The translations under genes were made by a program, and so were the position numbers. Positions 7,431 through 17,172 of a DNA stretch of 64,000 nt are shown here, piece by piece. Each line of letters starts with the position of its first letter. Positions within the stretch are counted from its first letter, which is position 1. Origin of the DNA: an uncultured virus (IMG/VR IMGVR_UViG_3300048503_000037) (lineage: Duplodnaviria; Heunggongvirae; Uroviricota; Caudoviricetes); the IMG/VR virus record IMGVR_UViG_3300048503_000037. The stretch is one strand, 5' to 3'. The notes below the pieces were generated by a model that saw only the letters and a program-made list of their open reading frames with translations, made no database searches and had not been told where the DNA came from.

Positions 7431-9322
7431 AAAGTTTGCATTTGTATAACTGGCTTTCTCATGCGGACAACCTGCTTGAATTTGAAAAGCTAGTTTCCAT
7501 TCGTGGAGAGAACGGAGCTGGTAAGTCCAGCATCGAGCAAGCCCTTGAAATGCTTTTCACGGGCCGCAGTGCATCCACCCAAGACAACGGCAGCGGTTCC
7601 CGCGACCTCATCCGGCGCGACCAGGACAAGTGCGCCATCACCGCCGAGATCATGGATAAGACTCTGCTCGGCACGCGCACCGCGAAGATGCGCTGCTCGG
7701 TAACCGAGAAGTCCGGCCGCAATATCATCATCAAAGATCCCGACGACCCAGCGTGGACCGGCTCAGAGTTCCTGGCGTCGCTCGCCATGAAGCGGGAGAT
7801 ACTCGACTGCCTCATCAATGGCCGGTACTTTGTCGAGATGGACCACGCACGGCAGAAGAAGCTCCTGGCTGGCATCATCCTGCCCGCCACGGCAAAGTGG
7901 GATGATTGGGTCGAGGGCGCCTTCAATCAGTGCGAGCTGCGCGTGGACTGGAGCCTCAAAGCTTTCGACGTGATCGCGCTGGCCTACGAAGCGGCCTACG
8001 ACGAGCGCAAATTGGTCAACCGGCTTATCAAGGAATGGCGGGAGCCGGAGGCGGTGGCGGTCCAGGAGATCGACGCCCATGCCATCCGTACCCGGCTGGC
8101 AGAGCGGCAGACCCAGCGTATCGCGCTGGCTATTCAGAAGAACACGACACTCGGCCAATGGCAGCGCGCTCACGACGCCCGCGGCAAGATCGGCGGGAAG
8201 ATTCAAGGTTTGGAGCTGCGCCTGGCCGCCGAGCAGTCCAAGCGCGCCGATGTCGCCAAGGGTGAACTGTCCAAAGCTGCGTTCAAGGAAGCAACGAAGC
8301 TGGCCGCCGCGGCCGAGAAGGGCAAGAAGATCGAGGCCGACATTCAGGCCAACAATGCCGCCCTGGCCGAAGTCCGGCGGACGCTGGCGAAGTTGAACGA
8401 TGTCGGCGAGGCCGGAACTTGCCCGACATGCACCCAGCCTGTGACCGATGCGGAGTTCGAGAACATCACTGCGCCGTTCATCAAGCGGCAAGATGAGTTG
8501 CTCAAGGCCGAGCGCGATCTCCAAGACGCCCGCAAGTCCCTCGGCGACTACGACGGCGCCGCCCGCGTTCTGGCCGACCACGCCCAGGCCGAGAGGAACC
8601 TCGCTCTGGTAGACGAGCACATTGCGGGCATCGAGAAGGACATTGCCGACCTCCAGAAAGAGCAGGCAGAGGCCGGCAACGAGGACACCCAGCCCGACAC
8701 GGCGGAGATCGACAAGCAAATTGCCGACCTCGACGGTCGCATCGAGAAGGGAAATGCCGCGCTCACGGCAGCCATTCAGGCCGACAGTGCTCGCGAGGGA
8801 TACGCCAAGGCCATGGAGGCCAAAAAGAAGCTCGACGCCAAGCAGGCCCTTCTGGAGCGCTTGGTGGAGTACTTTGGGCCGAAGGGTGTACAGGCTAAAT
8901 TCCTCAACGAGCACATGGGGGGATTTGAGGGCAGCATGAACAAGGTTCTCGACAAATGGGGGTTCCAGGCCAAGCTCCAGTTCGACCCCTTTGCGTTCAG
9001 CCTCATGTTCGCCGGCAAGGACAAGGTCTACAATCTCCGCACCATCTCGAAGTCGCAGAAGCATTCGTTCTCGATCGCGTTTCAGGTGGCTCTGGCCAAG
9101 GTGAGCGGGCTTAACTTTGTCGTGGTCGATGAGGCGGATGTCTTCCTCGACGCCAACCGCGGGAAGTTGTACCAAGCGCTGGACGGGGCCGGGTTGGACC
9201 AGGTGATCGTGCTCCAGTCCGACAGCCGGCGCGAGATCCCGGCCAAAGCTGGCAGGGTGTTCTACATGCTCTCGCTGGACCGCAGCGGAGAAGTGCCGAC
9301 CACGAGAGTGGAGCGTCTCTGA
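7421..9322 (+). CDS. Rad50/SbcC-like SMC ATPase
   Basis: Walker A GENGAGKS, coiled coils, zinc hook CPTC, Walker B VVVDEAD. Confidence 0.85.
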   Translation: MFVKSLHLYNWLSHADNLLEFEKLVSIRGENGAGKSSIEQALEMLFTGRSASTQDNGSGSRDLIRRDQDKCAITAEIMDKTLLGTRTAKMRCSVTEKSGRNIIIKDPDDPAWTGSEFLASLAMKREILDCLINGRYFVEMDHARQKKLLAGIILPATAKWDDWVEGAFNQCELRVDWSLKAFDVIALAYEAAYDERKLVNRLIKEWREPEAVAVQEIDAHAIRTRLAERQTQRIALAIQKNTTLGQWQRAHDARGKIGGKIQGLELRLAAEQSKRADVAKGELSKAAFKEATKLAAAAEKGKKIEADIQANNAALAEVRRTLAKLNDVGEAGTCPTCTQPVTDAEFENITAPFIKRQDELLKAERDLQDARKSLGDYDGAARVLADHAQAERNLALVDEHIAGIEKDIADLQKEQAEAGNEDTQPDTAEIDKQIADLDGRIEKGNAALTAAIQADSAREGYAKAMEAKKKLDAKQALLERLVEYFGPKGVQAKFLNEHMGGFEGSMNKVLDKWGFQAKLQFDPFAFSLMFAGKDKVYNLRTISKSQKHSFSIAFQVALAKVSGLNFVVVDEADVFLDANRGKLYQALDGAGLDQVIVLQSDSRREIPAKAGRVFYMLSLDRSGEVPTTRVERL

Positions 9323-9516
9323 TGCCGAGAGAGACCAATCCACGCAACCTGTCAGACTATTCGGTCAGCATCCTCATTTCAGAGGATCGCTGCCCGATGT
9401 GTCTGGGCCATCTCGATACCGGGTGGGAGTGCAACGAGTGCGGGTACGATGCGCGGCCCTGGGTGAAGGCCAGCCGCGAACGCCACGAGGCCGCTCACAA
9501 TAACCGGGAAGGGTAA
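9322..9516 (+). CDS. small zinc-ribbon protein
   Basis: CPMC...CNECG. Confidence 0.55.
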   Translation: MPRETNPRNLSDYSVSILISEDRCPMCLGHLDTGWECNECGYDARPWVKASRERHEAAHNNREG

Positions 9517-9555
9517 CCGACCCGCAACATCAACCGGGAACGAAGGGACAAGACA

Positions 9556-9990
9556 ATGGCAGATCAAGATCCAACATTCAAAATTCCGCGCGAAGTGATT
9601 CAGCCTATCATTGAGGCCAAAGTTTCATCGGCTTTGATTGAAGCTCTCGGCAACCAGGATTGGCTTGTGCGCAACTGCATCTCGAAAGTGCTTGACCAGA
9701 AGGTCAAAGACGACGGCTCCGCGCAAACTGATTCGTATTACCAAGACAAATCTCCAACCTTCCTCCAGTGGGCGCTCACGTCTTGCCTTAAAGCGAAGAT
9801 CAAACAGGTTATCCAAGAGGAAGTGGAAAAGCACCGGGAGACAATTGCAGAAGGTCTCCGCAAGGAACTGGCAAAGAAGACATCTCCACTCGTGAAGCAA
9901 CTCATCGAGGGAATGACCGGCGCGATCATCACCGCATCGAAGGCGCAATATCAACTCACCGTCGAAGTCAAAGAAAATTCGCGGTATTGA
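9556..9990 (+). CDS. hypothetical protein
   Basis: ORF in operon context. Confidence 0.65.
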   Translation: MADQDPTFKIPREVIQPIIEAKVSSALIEALGNQDWLVRNCISKVLDQKVKDDGSAQTDSYYQDKSPTFLQWALTSCLKAKIKQVIQEEVEKHRETIAEGLRKELAKKTSPLVKQLIEGMTGAIITASKAQYQLTVEVKENSRY

Positions 9991-10099
9991 CATAAGCTTC
10001 CGGCCACCGCCGGGAGGGCGCGAGGCTACCATGGAGGATTACCCGGCCGGCACGGTAGCCCGCGCCTCAACAATTCAACGAAGGAACGAGGATAGGAAC

Positions 10100-10309
10100 A
10101 TGGCAAAGGGAAAGGTAGTCTGGTTTAGCAACGCGAAGGGTTTTGGATTTCTGTCGAATGATGACGGTGGCCCCGAAATCTTTGTGCACTACAGCGGTAT
10201 CGCCTCCGACGGCTACAAGACACTCAAGCAGGATCAGCCCGTGGAGTTCGAGATCGTCAAAGGCAAGAAGGGCCCCCAGGCGGAGAACGTTCGAGTGATC
10301 GGAGCATGA
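10100..10309 (+). CDS. cold-shock domain protein (CspA family)
   Basis: GKVVWFSNAKGFGFL, IFVHYSGI, GYKTL, KGPQAENV. Confidence 0.95.
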   Translation: MAKGKVVWFSNAKGFGFLSNDDGGPEIFVHYSGIASDGYKTLKQDQPVEFEIVKGKKGPQAENVRVIGA

Positions 10310-10869
10310 AGCCCGCAGGCATCGGCGCATTATTCGAGAACCGCGCGAAGTCTGACTTCCTGCGCCTGACCGGCTCCCGCTACGACGCCATGAAGACGCG
10401 CATCGAGCGCAACAAGAAGCAGCCGCCCTTGCCGTTCACCAAAGACGAGTTCCGCGCGCACGTGCTCAACGCCATGAACGGCAACCAGGACGGCGCGGTG
10501 GTCTGCCGGTACTGCAACCAGGTGACGACGCTCTTGGACATGGCTTCCGACCACGAGGTACCGCTGGACCGGGGCGGAAGCTCGGGACTGGATAACATCG
10601 GGTTCCCCTGCCAAGACTGCAACCAGAAGAAGGGAACCATGACGCCGGACGAGTACCTCAAGTTTCTGCGGTTGCTGGAAACTGAGTTACCGCTGGCGAG
10701 AATCTCCATTCTCAAACGGTTACAGGAACACAGTAAGCTCCTGGCGAGGATGCGCGCCGAGTCGGGTGTTATCAACGACCTTAAGGGTACGGGAACCTGG
10801 CAGGAAGCGCAGGGCAGGCGCCGGGCGGCCCAGAAGGCAAAGCAACAGACGGGAATGCCGAAGTTTTGA
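10306..10869 (+). CDS. HNH endonuclease
   Basis: CRYC..DHEVPLDRGG...NI...CQDCNQKKG. Confidence 0.8.
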   Translation: MKPAGIGALFENRAKSDFLRLTGSRYDAMKTRIERNKKQPPLPFTKDEFRAHVLNAMNGNQDGAVVCRYCNQVTTLLDMASDHEVPLDRGGSSGLDNIGFPCQDCNQKKGTMTPDEYLKFLRLLETELPLARISILKRLQEHSKLLARMRAESGVINDLKGTGTWQEAQGRRRAAQKAKQQTGMPKF

Positions 10870-10908
10870 AAAGGGAATTACATACTTGACTCCCTCGAAA
10901 GGTAAGAA

Positions 10909-11310
10909 GTGAAGACAGCGGTACATTTCAGTTCGGCATCGGAAGAGTGGGCTACACCTACCGATGTTTATGCTGCGCTCGATGCCGAGTTTGATTTCAC
11001 TTTCGATCCATGCCCACTCGGAGGTACGGTTGACGGCACTTCTACCCTATTCGTTCCGTGGGCTGGACAGCGAGTGTTCTGTAATCCCCCCTACGGGCCG
11101 GGAGTTAGGCCATTTTTGGAGCGTGCGGTCGAAGCGGAACTAGCAGTTTTCCTTATTCCGGCTCGGACGGATACACGTTGGTTCCATGACATCGTTTTGC
11201 CTCAAGCGAAGGAGATCCGATTCGTGCGGGGACGGCTCAAGTTCGGAGGGTCGAAGAATTCCGCGCCATTTCCGAGCATGATTGTGATTTTTCAAGGAGT
11301 AAGGGAGTGA
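10909..11310 (+). CDS. phage DNA N6-adenine methyltransferase (Dam-like)
   Basis: EWATP, FDPC, VFCNPPYG, PARTDTRWFH, GRLKF, APFPS. Confidence 0.9.
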   Translation: MKTAVHFSSASEEWATPTDVYAALDAEFDFTFDPCPLGGTVDGTSTLFVPWAGQRVFCNPPYGPGVRPFLERAVEAELAVFLIPARTDTRWFHDIVLPQAKEIRFVRGRLKFGGSKNSAPFPSMIVIFQGVRE

Positions 11311-11340
11311 AGTATATAAGTCCCTTTGAAAAGGAGCACC

Positions 11341-12018
11341 ATGGCAACAACACGCCTCACGAAAGAAACGCTTTATCTACGCCGCGATTTCACTGCGGAC
11401 GAGCGGCTCGAAATGGGCCGCGAACTGGCCCAAGGCCATAACCGCCTGGCGGCGATCGACGACGAAGAGAAGTCGATGAAGGCTACCGTGAAGGAGAAGC
11501 GCACGGGCGTGGAGTTGATGATCGGCAGCCTGTCCCGCAAGCTCAACGACGGCTACGAGATGGAGAATCAGCTTTGCATGTTGACCTACGACCAGCCCAA
11601 CGTCGGGGAAGTCACCTACACGGACCCCAGTGGCAAGGTTGTGAAGACCAGGCCCATGACGATCAGCGAGCGGCAGGAGGAATTGCCCTTCGAGGACAAG
11701 GTTGAAGTGATCCCGCCCGCTGTGGCCGAGGCATCGGCAGAGGCGTCATTCGAGAATATCGACGAGTTTTTCAAGCCCGGCAGGCCAACCGAGCAGCCAA
11801 CAGCGGAAAGCGCAGCGCCAGTCACCGAGGAGGTAGGCGCCGACGCAACAGCACTGCCGGCAGACTTCGAGGACGGCGTGCGGGAGTCCCTGGGTGTGCC
11901 CGAGCAGTTCCCGGCTACGCTCAAGGAAGCGCTGGACAAGCAGAAGACCACGGACACGCGCGGCAAAGGCAAGAAGAACACGCCCGCGCCGAAGCCCGCA
12001 ACCGAAGTATCCTGGTAA
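11341..12018 (+). CDS. hypothetical protein
   Basis: AAGGAG RBS; coiled N-terminus, acidic tail. Confidence 0.65.
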   Translation: MATTRLTKETLYLRRDFTADERLEMGRELAQGHNRLAAIDDEEKSMKATVKEKRTGVELMIGSLSRKLNDGYEMENQLCMLTYDQPNVGEVTYTDPSGKVVKTRPMTISERQEELPFEDKVEVIPPAVAEASAEASFENIDEFFKPGRPTEQPTAESAAPVTEEVGADATALPADFEDGVRESLGVPEQFPATLKEALDKQKTTDTRGKGKKNTPAPKPATEVSW

Positions 12019-12021
12019 GCA

Positions 12022-13380
12022 ATGACCGTTCCAGACCTCAGACTCGACGCAGGACTCCCGGCGAACATAGACGCCGAGGTCACCATCCTTGGGGCGGTGT
12101 TGTTAGATAACGCCGCCTTTGAGGAGGCCGCGGAGAAGATACAGAGCGACGATTTCTCGCTCGATAGCCACCGCCGCATCTTCCTGCGTATGGCCGACCT
12201 GATGCGGACCCGGCGTTCCGTGGACATCGTGACCCTGGCCGCAACGAGTTAAGCAAACCGTTCCACCTCAGAACGAGATTGAGGTCCATTGGGGCGGTGT
12301 TGTTAGGCGTGGCCTACCTCGCCAGCCTCACTGAAGGTCTACCACGCCGCCCGGTGATCGGCGAGTACATCCGGATCGTCAATCGTCAAGGACAAGAGCC
12401 TGCTGCGCAGGCTGATGGGCATCTGTTCGATGGCCATTGCCCGCGCCGCCGACCAGGGCGAGTCGGCCCTTGAGCTGCTCAGCGTCACCATGCAGAACCT
12501 CTCCGACATTGAATCGTCGGGGATGCAGGGGTCAGACCTTGAATCCGTCGGGCAATGGTTGAGCAAGAACGATGTTTTCGAGGAGCGCAAGCCTGGCATA
12601 TTCACAGGCATCGACGACTACGATCAGATGACATTCGGGCTGCATCCCGAGGAACTGACCATCATTGCCGCTCGGACCTCAATGGGCAAAACGGCGCACT
12701 GCGGAACCATCACGTGGAAGATGGCTGTTGGCGGCAAGTGCGTGGCCGCATTCATCAACGAGCAGAGCAAACACTCGTTCATCGGACGGATGCTGTGCGG
12801 CCGGAGTGGAGTATCGTTCAAGAGTTACCAGCGCGGCCAGATGGACTGGGTTGAAAAGCAATACATTCAAGACGCCGAGCAGGAGTTTCGCAAGCTTCCT
12901 ATCTTCTGGGACCAGCGCAGCAGCATGAGCGTGGCCAGCATTCGCGCCAAGGCTGCACGGTTGAAGCGGTCGGGGGAGTTGGATGTGATCCTCGTTGACC
13001 AGCTATCCCGTGTATCCGCTGAGGGCATCTACCAGAAGGGGATGCGCGGCGACGAGGTTATCGGGGAGAAGGTGTCTGCGCTCAAGGGTATTGCCGTGGA
13101 CCTCCAGGTGCCGCTGGTGCTTTACCACCAGGTCGGGCGCGGCGCAATCAAGAATCAGGACTCCAGGCCAACGCTGGCGGACCTCGCGGAGTCCGGAAAG
13201 ATCGAGCAGCACGCCGACAATGTGGCGTTCCTGCACCGGCCTGGGTACTACAATCGGGATGACGAGTCCCTGAAATACAAAGCTGAGATTTTCATTGCGA
13301 AGCAACGCGACGGCGAGACGGGGTCGGTTGAGTGTGAGTTCGTTGGGTATAACTGCCTGTGGAGGAACAAAAGCAAATGA
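12022..13380 (+). pseudogene. dnaB: DnaB-like replicative helicase, split across three frames in this assembly
   Basis: LPANIDAE..ILGAVLLDN; AYLASLTEGLPRRP; AARTSMGKT; LAESGKIEQHADNV.FLHR; IAKQRDG; breaks at about 12240-12390 may be artefacts. Confidence 0.8.
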
Positions 13381-14874
13381 ATACGTTTGAAGTTTCACTC
13401 GAAAACGGCAAGTTGGAAGCTGTTATTCCGCTGGACGCAATCGACCAAATTCAGCGCACCGATGACGGCGCTGGTACAGAAGTTTGGCTCCGTAGCGGGC
13501 GTCTCTCTGTCTTGAAGAGGATTCCGATTGAGCAAGTCGCGCAAGCACTGAGGAGTGCCAGATGAAGGGGTTGCCAAACTTTGTATCAGCGGACCTCCGG
13601 AAGTCACCCATCTACGACAGGCGCTTTGCTCTGGAAGTCGCCAAAATGCTGGAGCGAATGACGGGCGACAGGTGCGGAGCCATTACCAACGGGCCTAACT
13701 CGTTTACGATTCTGCGCATATCGGGGATGAAGGAGAACATGGGATGACAAAGTGGAAGCTCAGAATCAAGACGGCGTGGGATGTGCTGCTCGGGCGGAAG
13801 TGCCTGCTGACCACCGCAACGCAACAGATCATCTACGTTCACAGTTCTGGTCCAGACGGGAAGATCGTGCAACTCGTTCCATGGCGCGATCAGATTCTCG
13901 CTCTCGACAACAACGGTAGCATCTTGCTCATAGATGCAGACTCTCACGCCATCCCTTATATTCAACTTTGGATGAAAGAGCCGAGGGTTGGCGGATGAAG
14001 AAGCCAACCTTCCAAATCATTGTAGACTGCCACGGCGAACCGCTGGCACTGAGCCGGATGCACTACGCCGCTAATCTCGTGTGCGCCGTCATCGGGTACG
14101 ACAAAACCGACAAGTCATTCTGGATGACTCAGAGCGATATTCTCTACGAGCTTGAGGCTCAAGGCCAAATTACGATCAGGATTGATGATCGGAAGTGGAT
14201 CGAGGGCAACAGGTTCTACGAGGACAGCATGGACCTATACCTGATGGGCGAGATCAAACCTATTGCACGCATCGTGAATTTCAAGTTACCGGAGTGGAGT
14301 GGACGATGACCTATGGCGGCAAACTCTACGCGCAAGCGCAGTCCATGGCGTCCACACTACTCATGTCGGCAACGCACACCTGCTTGATGATCTACGCCCA
14401 CGAGTCCAGCGCCGAGTGCGTCAAGCAATGTCTGCGGGAGTGGTCAGTGCAGATCCCGGCCTTGGCAGACTGGGAGCAGCGCGTCACGTTCCGGCACTTC
14501 GACGAGAGGCCGAAGTTAGAGACGTTGCCGAAGATGACTTATGACGAGTGGATCGATATGCCGATGGTGCCGGATGAAGTTTGGGACGCCATGAGGTATC
14601 TCAACCGCAATGCAGGTTTGCTCAACGGTGCGGCCCCGGAGTTTTTGAAGCAAGCAAAGGAGAACATGGGATGAAGTGGTTTATCGAATTTTCAATCTTT
14701 ATGTACTCTTCGGGATGGACCCATTGGGAACGATTAGACAGCCGGGAGTTCCCGTCGCACGAATCCGCTTTACTGTGGATACGCCAATTCAAGGCCGAGA
14801 AGCTATTACCGATCGAAACTGAGGGGCTAAAAATTGACGATAACATCCGGCTTCGCGCCGCGATAGGAGATTGA
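13377..14874 (+). CDS. run of six small coupled hypothetical genes (13377-13565, 13562-13747, 13744-13998, 13995-14309, 14306-14674, 14671-14874)
   Basis: consecutive ATGA stop/start overlaps. Confidence 0.6.
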
Positions 14875-14877
14875 ACC

Positions 14878-15219
14878 GTGAGACAATTCGAGCCATTCGG
14901 CGACCGCGTTCTGGTGCTGCCCGACGCAACACCAGCGAAGACCACGGGCCTGGCAAAGCCCCAGAGCGAGCAAGAGAAGCCCACCGAGGGGATTGTGGTG
15001 GCGGCGGGGCCAAGGGCAGCCAAGAATCCGAAGGCAAAATACGAGGAATATCTCGACGTTAATGGTGAGAGATGTCTCGCTCTTGGATCTGGAGTTGCAG
15101 TCGGCGACCGCGTGCAGTTCCCCCGCTACGCCGGCCGCGACGTGATGCACATGGGAGTCAAACACTTATTGCTCCGGCTCGAAGAGTTGGACGGGAAGCT
15201 CGTGGAGGTAGAGGGTTGA
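14878..15219 (+). CDS. groES: co-chaperonin GroES
   Basis: PFGDRVLV, EKPTEGIVVAAGP, VAVGDRV.F.RYAG. Confidence 0.9.
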   Translation: MRQFEPFGDRVLVLPDATPAKTTGLAKPQSEQEKPTEGIVVAAGPRAAKNPKAKYEEYLDVNGERCLALGSGVAVGDRVQFPRYAGRDVMHMGVKHLLLRLEELDGKLVEVEG

Positions 15220-15407
15220 AACGGAAAGTCATTCAACTTATGGTGACGCCGGCCACGGCGGAGTACGAGGGCGAGTTTCTGGCCCTATGTGACGATGGAA
15301 CAATCTGGACCAGAATCTACAAGTGCGACCCCGAAGGATCAAGATCAGCTTTCAACTGCCATTGGGAGTGGGATTTAATCGAAGGACCACCGGAGGTAAT
15401 AAATTGA
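15216..15407 (+). CDS. small hypothetical protein between groES and groEL
   Basis: TTG start after GGAGG; KVIQL...LALCDDGTIW; coupled at both ends. Confidence 0.6.
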   Translation: MKRKVIQLMVTPATAEYEGEFLALCDDGTIWTRIYKCDPEGSRSAFNCHWEWDLIEGPPEVIN

Positions 15408-17083
15408 GCAGAAAGATCATGAAGGGCGATGAAATCCGGCAGGCGATCCTGCGCGGCGTCAACACGCTGGCCGATGCGGTCACCTGCACACTGGGGCCCA
15501 AGGGCCGCAACGTCATCCTTGAACGCAATCCCATGTGGCCGCCAGTCGTTACCAAGGACGGCGTGACTGTGGCGAAGGAAGTCCGCGACCTGGCCGACCC
15601 CTACGAGAACGCCGGCGCCAACCTCATCCGCGAGGCCGCCAGCAAAACAAGCGACCAAGCGGGTGACGGCACCACCACGGCCACGCTGCTGGCCCAGGTG
15701 ATCTACCAGAAAGGTCTGGATTGCCTTGCGTCCGGCGCGAACCCAGTAGCCCTCAAGCGCGGCATCGACGCTGCTGTGACGGTCGTCACAGACCACATCA
15801 AGAGCATTGCCCAGCCGGTGCAGGACGATGAAACCATCGTGCGTGTGGGCACCATCTCCTCGAACGGCGACCGCTCCATCGGCGAGCTGATAGCCGACGC
15901 CATGAAGCGTGTCGGCCGGGATGGCGTTATCACCATCGGGGAATCCACGGACGCGGAGACCACGCTGCAGGTGGTCGAGGGGATGCAGATCGACCGCGGC
16001 TGGCTGGCTTACCCCTTCATCACGGACCCCGAGCGCCTGGAAGCGGTTCTCAATGAGCCCTACATCCTGCTCACCGAGCGCAAGCTGTTCACTATGACGC
16101 CGGAACTGGACACGGTGCTGGCCCAAGTGGGGCAGTCCGGCAGGCCGGTACTCATCATCGCTGGAGACTTCGACCAACCGTTTGTGATCTCGCTGATCCA
16201 CAACAACCAACTTGGGGTGTTGCGGTCGGTTGCGGTGAAGGCTCCAGCCTTCGGGGATCTGCGCCGGGCGATGCTGGAGGACATGGCTCTCGTGACAGGC
16301 GCCTACGCTTTCACAGAGGACTGCGGCAGGCCGCTGTCTACGGTGACCATGGACGACCTTGGGCGGGCCGTGCGCGTCACGGTGGGGCAGAGCTTCACCA
16401 CGATTGCCGGGGGGTATGGCGACGAGGAGGGCAAGAACAGCCGCATGACGCTCCTGCGATCGCTGATTGACTCGACCGAGAACGACCTTGACCGGGAGCG
16501 GCTCAAGCAGAGGCTGGCGCGGCTGGCGTCCGGGGTGGCAGTTATCAAGGTGGGGGCTGTCACAGAAGGGGAGATGCGGGAGCGCAAGGACAGAGTGGAC
16601 GACGCTGTTTGCGCCACGCGCTCGGCTGTCATGGAAGGCATCGTCCCTGGCGGCGGTAAGGCGCTGCTCCTATGCACTGACGCGCTACAGGCTCAGATCG
16701 ATATGCTGGCAGGCGACGAGAAGCTCGGTGCTCAGATCGTGCTTGCTGCGCTTGAATCTCCCACGCGCCAGATCGCCGCCAATGCCGGAATGAGCCAGGA
16801 AGAGACTGACTTCATCGTGAACGTGAACCGCGGCAAAGTGGATAGGAGACGCGCCAGATGGTGGTCAATATCTTACTGGTGTCGGCAATCCGATACCTCT
16901 AAACCTTTGGAGGACAGCCAGGCTGGGTGGAACGCTGCCACCGATAGATTTGAGAATTTGGTGGAGACTGGAGTTATCGACCCGGCGCGTGTCGTTCGGT
17001 GTAGCTTACAAAATGCGGCCTCAGTCAGTGCGCTGTTACTTACAACGCAGGCTATGGTTGCCTCGTTTCCAGACAAGAAATAG
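15404..17083 (+). CDS. groEL: chaperonin GroEL
   Basis: TLGPKGRNV, TKDGVTVAKE, GDGTTTAT, EGIVPGGG, GVIDPARV. Confidence 0.95.
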   Translation: MSRKIMKGDEIRQAILRGVNTLADAVTCTLGPKGRNVILERNPMWPPVVTKDGVTVAKEVRDLADPYENAGANLIREAASKTSDQAGDGTTTATLLAQVIYQKGLDCLASGANPVALKRGIDAAVTVVTDHIKSIAQPVQDDETIVRVGTISSNGDRSIGELIADAMKRVGRDGVITIGESTDAETTLQVVEGMQIDRGWLAYPFITDPERLEAVLNEPYILLTERKLFTMTPELDTVLAQVGQSGRPVLIIAGDFDQPFVISLIHNNQLGVLRSVAVKAPAFGDLRRAMLEDMALVTGAYAFTEDCGRPLSTVTMDDLGRAVRVTVGQSFTTIAGGYGDEEGKNSRMTLLRSLIDSTENDLDRERLKQRLARLASGVAVIKVGAVTEGEMRERKDRVDDAVCATRSAVMEGIVPGGGKALLLCTDALQAQIDMLAGDEKLGAQIVLAALESPTRQIAANAGMSQEETDFIVNVNRGKVDRRRARWWSISYWCRQSDTSKPLEDSQAGWNAATDRFENLVETGVIDPARVVRCSLQNAASVSALLLTTQAMVASFPDKK

Positions 17084-17172
17084 TGATAGAATGGGGTTGT
17101 GCGCGGCCAGTGCGCACAATCTCATTCGAGGCGAGATCGCTGCCAAGCGCCTGAGCCAAGAAGTGTTCGACT

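Noticed and set aside
7763..9343. Long antisense ORFs (also 28017-29447, 38473-39654, 44377-45396, 45722-46603)
   Set aside because: They shadow well-supported genes on the opposite strand in GC-rich DNA and show no motifs
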